This document shows positions 58,776 to 64,000 of a stretch of 64,000 nucleotides of DNA, one piece after another. Positions within the stretch are counted from its first letter, which is position 1, and every line of letters begins with the position of its first letter. The notes beneath the pieces were generated by a model. That model did no database searches and was not told where the DNA came from. It worked only from the letters and a program-made list of their open reading frames with translations. The stretch covers positions 1 through 64,000 of the forward strand of contig CAVSGG010000003.1 in the NCBI GenBank assembly GCA_963727455.1. The letters are read 5' to 3'. Made by a program: the position numbers and the translations under genes. The stretch is from Candidatus Krumholzibacteriota bacterium. GTDB taxonomy: Bacteria; Krumholzibacteriota; Krumholzibacteriia; JAJRXK01.

Positions 58776-60006
58776 GCCGCAACGCCTCCACCGGGTCGAG
58801 TTGGCTCGCCTTGTGCGCGGGGATGGTCCCGAACAGGATGCCCAGCACCAGGGTGACGCCGATGCCCAGACCCACCGCCTGCATTTGAATGCTGGCCGGG
58901 ATGGGGGTCAACACGCTCACGAGCAGCGCCAGAATGAACCCGATGAGGGTCCCCAGGATTCCCCCCACCACGCTCAGGGTGACCGCCTCCACCAGAAACT
59001 GCCAGAGGATGTTGGTGCGCGTGGCGCCCAGCGCCTTGCGCACACCGATCTCGCGCGTGCGGTCGGTCACCGACACCAACATCACGTTCATGAGCACGAT
59101 CCCGCCCACGATGAGACTGATGCTGACCGTGGCCACCAGGACGTTGCGGATGTAGCCCTGGATCTTCTGCCACAATTCGAGAAGGATCTCGCTGGTCACC
59201 ACCGCGAAGTCGTTGTCTTGCGCGGGATGCAGGCGATGCCGAATGCGCAGCGCGACGCTCGCCTCGTCGATGGCCAAAGCGACATCGTTCACGTCTTTGG
59301 CCTTGATGCGAATCTCCACGCTCTGGTGGGCGGAAAAGACTTTCTGCCAGGTGGTCACGGGAATGATGATGAAGCGATCACGGCTGCTCCCCAACACGGT
59401 ACCCCGTTTGGCCAAGACGCCGATCACCGTGTATCGCCGATCGGCGATCTTGATTTTCCTTCCCACCGGATCGCGGTCTTTTCCGAAGAGTTTCTGGGCG
59501 ATCTCGTAGCCGAGAACGCACACCGGACGGGAACGTTCCACGTCCAGGCGCGCCAGATGGCGCCCCTCCTTCAGAGAAATGTCTTCGATCGCGGGATAGA
59601 CTTCGGTGCGTCCCTCGACCTCGATGTCTTCCAGACGTTCCTCTCGCCATTGCACCAGAGTTCTGGTGGACTGCTTGGCGCCGACTGCCGCGGCTGAAGG
59701 CACGTGCTCGCGCAGGTAGTCGACGTCCTTCAGAGTGAGTTTGGGGTTGTAGAGGGAATCCAGGAAGGCGTCGACGTCGGTAATGAACTGAAGGCCATTG
59801 ACGCGCTCGATGCTGAAAACTCCGCTGCCCTCCTCCAGAACTTTCTGGCGCGCATAGTGGTCGATACCGTCCAGGAGCGACACGACCGCAATGACCGACA
59901 TGACACCGACGATGTTGCCGAGCAGAGTGAGAAAGGTGCGCAGCTTGTTGACACGCAGGTTCGACAGGGCGATCCCCACGCCCTCGTTCAGCTGAACAGC
60001 CTTCAT
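58768..60006 (-). CDS. MacB/FtsX-family ABC transporter permease
   Basis: NKLRTFLTLLG, GGIVLMNVMLVSVTDRTREIGVRKALGA, LDPVEALRHE. Confidence 0.93.
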   Translation of the reverse strand: MKAVQLNEGVGIALSNLRVNKLRTFLTLLGNIVGVMSVIAVVSLLDGIDHYARQKVLEEGSGVFSIERVNGLQFITDVDAFLDSLYNPKLTLKDVDYLREHVPSAAAVGAKQSTRTLVQWREERLEDIEVEGRTEVYPAIEDISLKEGRHLARLDVERSRPVCVLGYEIAQKLFGKDRDPVGRKIKIADRRYTVIGVLAKRGTVLGSSRDRFIIIPVTTWQKVFSAHQSVEIRIKAKDVNDVALAIDEASVALRIRHRLHPAQDNDFAVVTSEILLELWQKIQGYIRNVLVATVSISLIVGGIVLMNVMLVSVTDRTREIGVRKALGATRTNILWQFLVEAVTLSVVGGILGTLIGFILALLVSVLTPIPASIQMQAVGLGIGVTLVLGILFGTIPAHKASQLDPVEALRHE

Positions 60007-60037
60007 CGGCTCACTCCAAAAGATCGGAAGAGTACGA

Positions 60038-61255
60038 TCAGTCCTTGCTAGCGCCTTCGTCCTCGTCCGACTCGGCGTTCTTCTTGGAGGGCTTCTTCTC
60101 TTCCTTCTCGATTTCCACTCGCTCGCCGCTCTTCAGGGTGCGCAACGCGGTGAAAGGTCCTTTGACCACCACTTCGCCTTCCTTGAGTCCGGAGGGCACT
60201 TCGAAGCGCTCCTCGCCCGCGATGCCCACGTCCACCGCGCGGAACTGCGCTTCCTTGGAATCGTTCAGGACGAAAACGCCCTCCTTGCCGTCCCGTTCCA
60301 CCAGAGAGGCGATGGGAATGGAGAGGCAGCTGTCGCGCTGCGCTACCGTGATGTCAGCGGTGGCGGACAGTCCCGGCTTCACCCCTTCAATCTTGTCGAG
60401 CAGGCGCAACACCACCTTGAAGTCGACCGCCTCCTGGCCCAGTCCGGTCGAGGAGAAGATGGGGCTGTTGCCCACTTCGGTGACCACCGCCGTAAATGTC
60501 GTGTCGGGATAGGCGTCGATCTCCACCTTGGCCTTCTGGCCCAACTTGACGCGGACGATCTCGGTTTCGTCGACTTTCACTTCGGCTTCCATGGTGTCCA
60601 GGTCGGCCACCGTCAGAAGTAGCGTGCCCGGGTTGTTCATGGTGCCGATGATGGCGTTCTCCCCGACCTCCACGTTGAGCCGGGTCACGATGCCGCTGAT
60701 GGGCGCGCTGAGTGTGACCTTGCTGAGGTCGTGACGCACGCGGGAGAGGTTGGCTTTGGCCTGATCCACTCGCGCCTGCGCCGCGCGCACCTGGGCCGTC
60801 TGCACCTTCACCGTGGTGAGCGCCGACTCGTATTGGTCCTCCGTATTGAGACCCTGATCGAGCAACCGCTTGGCGCGCTTCAAGTCGAGCTCGGCCTTCT
60901 CCTTGTTCGCGTTGGCCAGGGCGAGATCTTCCTGCGCGCTCTGCAGGGCGGCCTCCTGCGCCGTCACCACCGAGCGGTATTCCTCTGGATCGATTTCCAA
61001 GAGGAAATCCCCCTTGTGCACCACGTCGCCTTCCTCTACCGCCACGCGCGTGATCTTGCCCATGATGGTGGCGCTCACGTCGATGCTGCTCTTGGGCTCG
61101 AGTTTCCCGCTGGCGTTCACGACTTCGGTCAAGGGCCCGCGCGTGACGGAATCCACGCGCACTTTGGTGAGCTTCTCGCGGCTCGCGAGATTGGCGATCA
61201 CGAGTGCGCCCAAAACCACGACGACGCCGATGGCAATCCAAATCTTCTTCTTCAT
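60038..61255 (-). CDS. MacA/HlyD-family periplasmic adaptor
   Basis: N-terminal TM, lipoyl motif GKI..VEEGD.V.KG, coiled-coil hairpin, APISG, VDETEI, KPGLSA. Confidence 0.92.
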   Translation of the reverse strand: MKKKIWIAIGVVVVLGALVIANLASREKLTKVRVDSVTRGPLTEVVNASGKLEPKSSIDVSATIMGKITRVAVEEGDVVHKGDFLLEIDPEEYRSVVTAQEAALQSAQEDLALANANKEKAELDLKRAKRLLDQGLNTEDQYESALTTVKVQTAQVRAAQARVDQAKANLSRVRHDLSKVTLSAPISGIVTRLNVEVGENAIIGTMNNPGTLLLTVADLDTMEAEVKVDETEIVRVKLGQKAKVEIDAYPDTTFTAVVTEVGNSPIFSSTGLGQEAVDFKVVLRLLDKIEGVKPGLSATADITVAQRDSCLSIPIASLVERDGKEGVFVLNDSKEAQFRAVDVGIAGEERFEVPSGLKEGEVVVKGPFTALRTLKSGERVEIEKEEKKPSKKNAESDEDEGASKD

Positions 61256-61295
61256 CTGGCTCGTCGCAGCGCGAGGCGGCGACTCTCACCTCCAC

Positions 61296-62078
61296 CTACA
61301 TGAATAATCCGTACATCAAGAGGCCGATGCCGTTGCCGAGCACCCAGGGCGCGGCAGCCGCGAACCATGCTTTGCCCTTGGAGAGCCGGTGCACGACTTG
61401 AAAGCCGATCGCCAAGAGAAAGAGCTCCCAGATGGAGAAGAAGTTGGTGAAGGACTGCAGAAAGTGATAGCCGATGCTCGAGGTGTCCGTTCCCGCTCCA
61501 AAGAGTCCAAAGAGCGGGGCCAGACTGTAGCCCACCGTCATCGCCGAGCCCTTGGCCAGCACCAAAGGCACCGTGGCAAGGAGCGCCAGACCACCTCCCA
61601 CCCAAGTGCAGAGGAAGACCACGTCGAGGGTGAGCTTGAAGCCCGCCTTGCCGCCCACCACCATGCAGGCCAACCAGTAGAAGACGGCGCCGATGGCAAA
61701 CGCGGCCGTGCCGCCGAGACCGGCCTGCACCGCCGTGATCAGGCGCTTGCCCACCGTGGGCGTCTTGGCCTCTTCGATTTTCTTCAGGTACTCCTCGTTC
61801 CCTTGCAGCTTGTCCCCGAAGGGTCCGTGCAACGCGGCTTCCATTTGCTCGGGTCCGGAGATGTGCGCGATGAGGGCGCTCCCCAAACCGACCGAGAGCA
61901 CGACCGCCACCACGCCCACCCAGGGCTGGGTGCGCCGCGCCACCGCCTCGAAGGTGGCGCGCGGCGAGACGATGATACTCAAGAGACGCGCGAAACCCCG
62001 CGGTCCTTTGGCTTCCGCCGCAGGCTGCGGCGGGGCGGGCGCCACGGGTTCTTCTGTGGGAAAGTGATCCGATGTCAT
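61296..62078 (-). CDS. YIP1-family membrane protein
   Basis: IVSPRATFE..P..W, about 5 TM, FSIW..L.IG; typical position ahead of MacA-like genes. Confidence 0.75.
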   Translation of the reverse strand: MTSDHFPTEEPVAPAPPQPAAEAKGPRGFARLLSIIVSPRATFEAVARRTQPWVGVVAVVLSVGLGSALIAHISGPEQMEAALHGPFGDKLQGNEEYLKKIEEAKTPTVGKRLITAVQAGLGGTAAFAIGAVFYWLACMVVGGKAGFKLTLDVVFLCTWVGGGLALLATVPLVLAKGSAMTVGYSLAPLFGLFGAGTDTSSIGYHFLQSFTNFFSIWELFLLAIGFQVVHRLSKGKAWFAAAAPWVLGNGIGLLMYGLFM

Positions 62079-63106
62079 CTCTGCTCCTTTGGTCCATTCA
62101 GACGACAGCGTGAAAGAAACGCCCGCAGTCCCCTGCCCGTCTCCTGCATGGGATGTTTGGCTTCTTCCTCGCGCTTCTTCTTCAACCAAGGCGAGCCCGC
62201 GGCCCGCTCTCTCAGGAACTCTCGGGCGAAGCTCCCGTCCTCGATCTCGTCCAGAAGCGTCTCCATCGCGGCGCGGCTCTCCTTGCCGATCACCCGCGGG
62301 CCGGCGCGCAGTCCACCGAAAGCGGCGGTGGGAGAAATCCCTTCGCGCATTCCGTCCACCCCTTTTTCGTGCACCAGATCGGTGATGATCTTCACCTCGT
62401 GTAGACACTCGAAGTAGGCGCCCTCGGCGCTGTAGCCGCGCGCCACCAGCAGCTCCCAGGCCGCGGTGATGAGCTCGATGAGGCCGCCGCAAAGCACGGT
62501 CTGCTCGCCGAAGAGATCGCTCACTGCCTCTTCGCGGAAGGAACTGAGAAAGCCGCCGCCCGCGAGCGCACCGCACCCCTTCGCGTAGGCCAGCGCCACT
62601 TGCAAACTCTCCTCGGGCGCAGGTCCCTGCACGCCGATGAGCCCGGGCAGGCCGCCTCCGTTCTGAAACGACGCGCGCAGCGCATGCCCCTGTCCCTTGG
62701 GCGCCACCAGGAGTACGCGCCGGCTCTCCTCGAGTTCGAGTAACTCGAAGGCCACCGCGAATCCGTGAGAAAAGGCGAGGTAGGCTTCGGGGTCCATGGC
62801 CTCTCGCAGATGCTCGTCGTAGATCTTCGCGTGGAGCTCGTCGGGAAGCAGCAGCATCACCAGAAACGCCCCGCGTGCGGCGGAGGCGAAATCCTCCACC
62901 AGAAAGCCGGCCTCTCGCGCCTTTTGCGCGTGGGAGCTCTGGGGCCGCAGGCCCACCACCACCTCCATCCCGCTGTCGCGCAGGTTGAGGGCGTGGGCGT
63001 GCCCCTGGTTTCCGTAGCCCAGGATGGCGATGCGCTTTCCCGCAAGGAGCGAAAGATCGCCGTCCTGAAGATCGAACTGACGGCGGCTGGTAGGTGCTTG
63101 CGACAT
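62075..63106 (-). CDS. ilvC: Ketol-acid reductoisomerase
   Basis: GYGNQGHAHALNLRDSG, LLPDE, FSHGF, VAPKG, DLFGEQTVLCGG, AYFECLHE. Confidence 0.95.
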   Translation of the reverse strand: MSQAPTSRRQFDLQDGDLSLLAGKRIAILGYGNQGHAHALNLRDSGMEVVVGLRPQSSHAQKAREAGFLVEDFASAARGAFLVMLLLPDELHAKIYDEHLREAMDPEAYLAFSHGFAVAFELLELEESRRVLLVAPKGQGHALRASFQNGGGLPGLIGVQGPAPEESLQVALAYAKGCGALAGGGFLSSFREEAVSDLFGEQTVLCGGLIELITAAWELLVARGYSAEGAYFECLHEVKIITDLVHEKGVDGMREGISPTAAFGGLRAGPRVIGKESRAAMETLLDEIEDGSFAREFLRERAAGSPWLKKKREEEAKHPMQETGRGLRAFLSRCRLNGPKEQR

Positions 63107-63203
63107 GGTGGTTTGCGGTGTCGAGCCGCGGCGCGGAGGTGAGTTGGGGCCTTGCTCTAGATCCTAGTCCCGCCTTGGGGTGGGGACAAGGCAAAGGGCG
63201 GGT

Positions 63204-63232
63204 TTGACACCGCTTGGCGGCGAAGATACCTT
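63204..63232 (+). promoter_or_regulatory. sigma70-type promoter upstream of tRNA(CAU)-tilS
   Basis: TTGACA-17-TACCTT. Confidence 0.6.
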
Positions 63233-63332
63233 TGCCCCTTGCCGAAACGGCCCTGGCGCCATGCACGGCCCAAATGGCCTCAGCGCCTTGTACAGCCTTA
63301 CTCGCACCCGGGATTCCGGGCGCAGCTCGGGG

Positions 63333-63409
63333 GCCGGCGTAGCTCAGTTGGTTAGAGCAGCGGAATCATAATCCGCGTGTCCGGGGTTCGAATCCCTGCG
63401 CCGGCACCA
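63333..63409 (+). tRNA. tRNA with CAT anticodon (most likely elongator Met)
   Basis: GCCGGCGTAGCTCAGTTGGTTAGAGCAGCGGAATCATAATCCGCGTGTCCGGGGTTCGAATCCCTGCGCCGGCACCA; G1-C72 paired, so not initiator. Confidence 0.93.
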
Positions 63410-63437
63410 TTTCCCGCCATGAAACTGGAGGACCGGC

Positions 63438-64000
63438 ATGGCCTCCTCCTCTCACCAAGCCGATTTGCTGCAACTCTTGCGAGAGCTTCCGCCTGAGCGC
63501 GGAGGAATTCTCTCGGGCGAGCGCCTGGTGATCGCGCTTTCCGGCGGCGCCGACTCGGTGGCCCTGCTCGACCTCTTGCTGCGCTTGCGAGAAGAAAGAG
63601 GCCTGCGTCTCTTGGCGGCGCACCTCGACCACGGTCTGAGAGAGAGCAGCGCACAGGACGGCGAATTCTGTCGCGCGTTTTGCGAGGCGCGCGGCGTAGA
63701 GTTCGTGCTGGAACGCACCGACCCGCGCCCCCTCGCGCGAAAGACGGGGACCGGACTGGAGGCGGCCAGCCGCCAGCTGCGTTACGAGTTCCTGGACCGC
63801 CTTCGCGAAGCTCGTGGCTTCGACCGGGTGTGCACGGGCCACCATCGGGACGATCACCTGGAGACGCTCTTGCTCTGGCTCTTCCGTGGCACCAGTCCCG
63901 CCGGGATGGAGGGGATTCGCGCGCGCACCGTCGACCGCTTGCGGCCCTTGCGCGAGTTCTCCCGCGCGCAGATTCGCGAGTATCTGAAGTGGCGCGAGTT
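63438..64000 (+). CDS. tilS: tRNA(Ile)-lysidine synthetase, partial (runs off window)
   Basis: GGAGG RBS; IALSGGADSVALL, HLDHGLR, EAASRQLRY, GHHRDDHLET. Confidence 0.93.
   Translation, partial: MASSSHQADLLQLLRELPPERGGILSGERLVIALSGGADSVALLDLLLRLREERGLRLLAAHLDHGLRESSAQDGEFCRAFCEARGVEFVLERTDPRPLARKTGTGLEAASRQLRYEFLDRLREARGFDRVCTGHHRDDHLETLLLWLFRGTSPAGMEGIRARTVDRLRPLREFSRAQIREYLKWRE

Overview
GC-rich bacterial chromosomal window. An NYPNPFNP-type C-terminal sorting-domain protein, futalosine-pathway mqnE and an spdEFG1-type EF-G suggest an FCB-group lineage such as Krumholzibacteria/Eisenbacteria/Latescibacteria; this is inference only. (1) 1-6800: a visibly less GC-rich, defence-type island at the 3' end of tRNA-Asn. 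It holds a PLD-like nuclease tail, a heavily frameshifted Type IIG restriction-modification gene, a frameshifted DUF4365-like nuclease and two orphan lipoproteins. (2) 7-46.9 kb: mostly core genes, namely SnoaL-like protein, Nramp-like transporter, DUF222-like HNH protein, putP with an unlisted 38-aa partner, ogt, an 11-gene Mrp antiporter operon, polX, an extended pilT, a ccmH-like gene with an internal TAG, an FHA-GAF-PP2C phosphatase, an Rrf2-led suf operon, ferredoxin, def, mqnE, M48 protease, fusA plus an ATPase, tRNA-Glu and glnS. (3) 46.9-54.8 kb: an accessory block ending at tRNA-Gln. It contains an ECF sigma / membrane anti-sigma / exported TPR-CHAT protease module, an exported S74-chaperone fibre protein with a sorting-domain partner, and two tandem lipoprotein units each preceded by 34-bp-period CCGG-centred palindromes. 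(4) 55-64 kb: gltX, a dead-peptidase-like lipoprotein, a MacAB-like cluster, ilvC, tRNA(CAU) and tilS. The best candidates for an undescribed system are the CHAT/anti-sigma/ECF module and the palindrome-array lipoprotein units. Family calls come from motif recognition by eye, not database searches.
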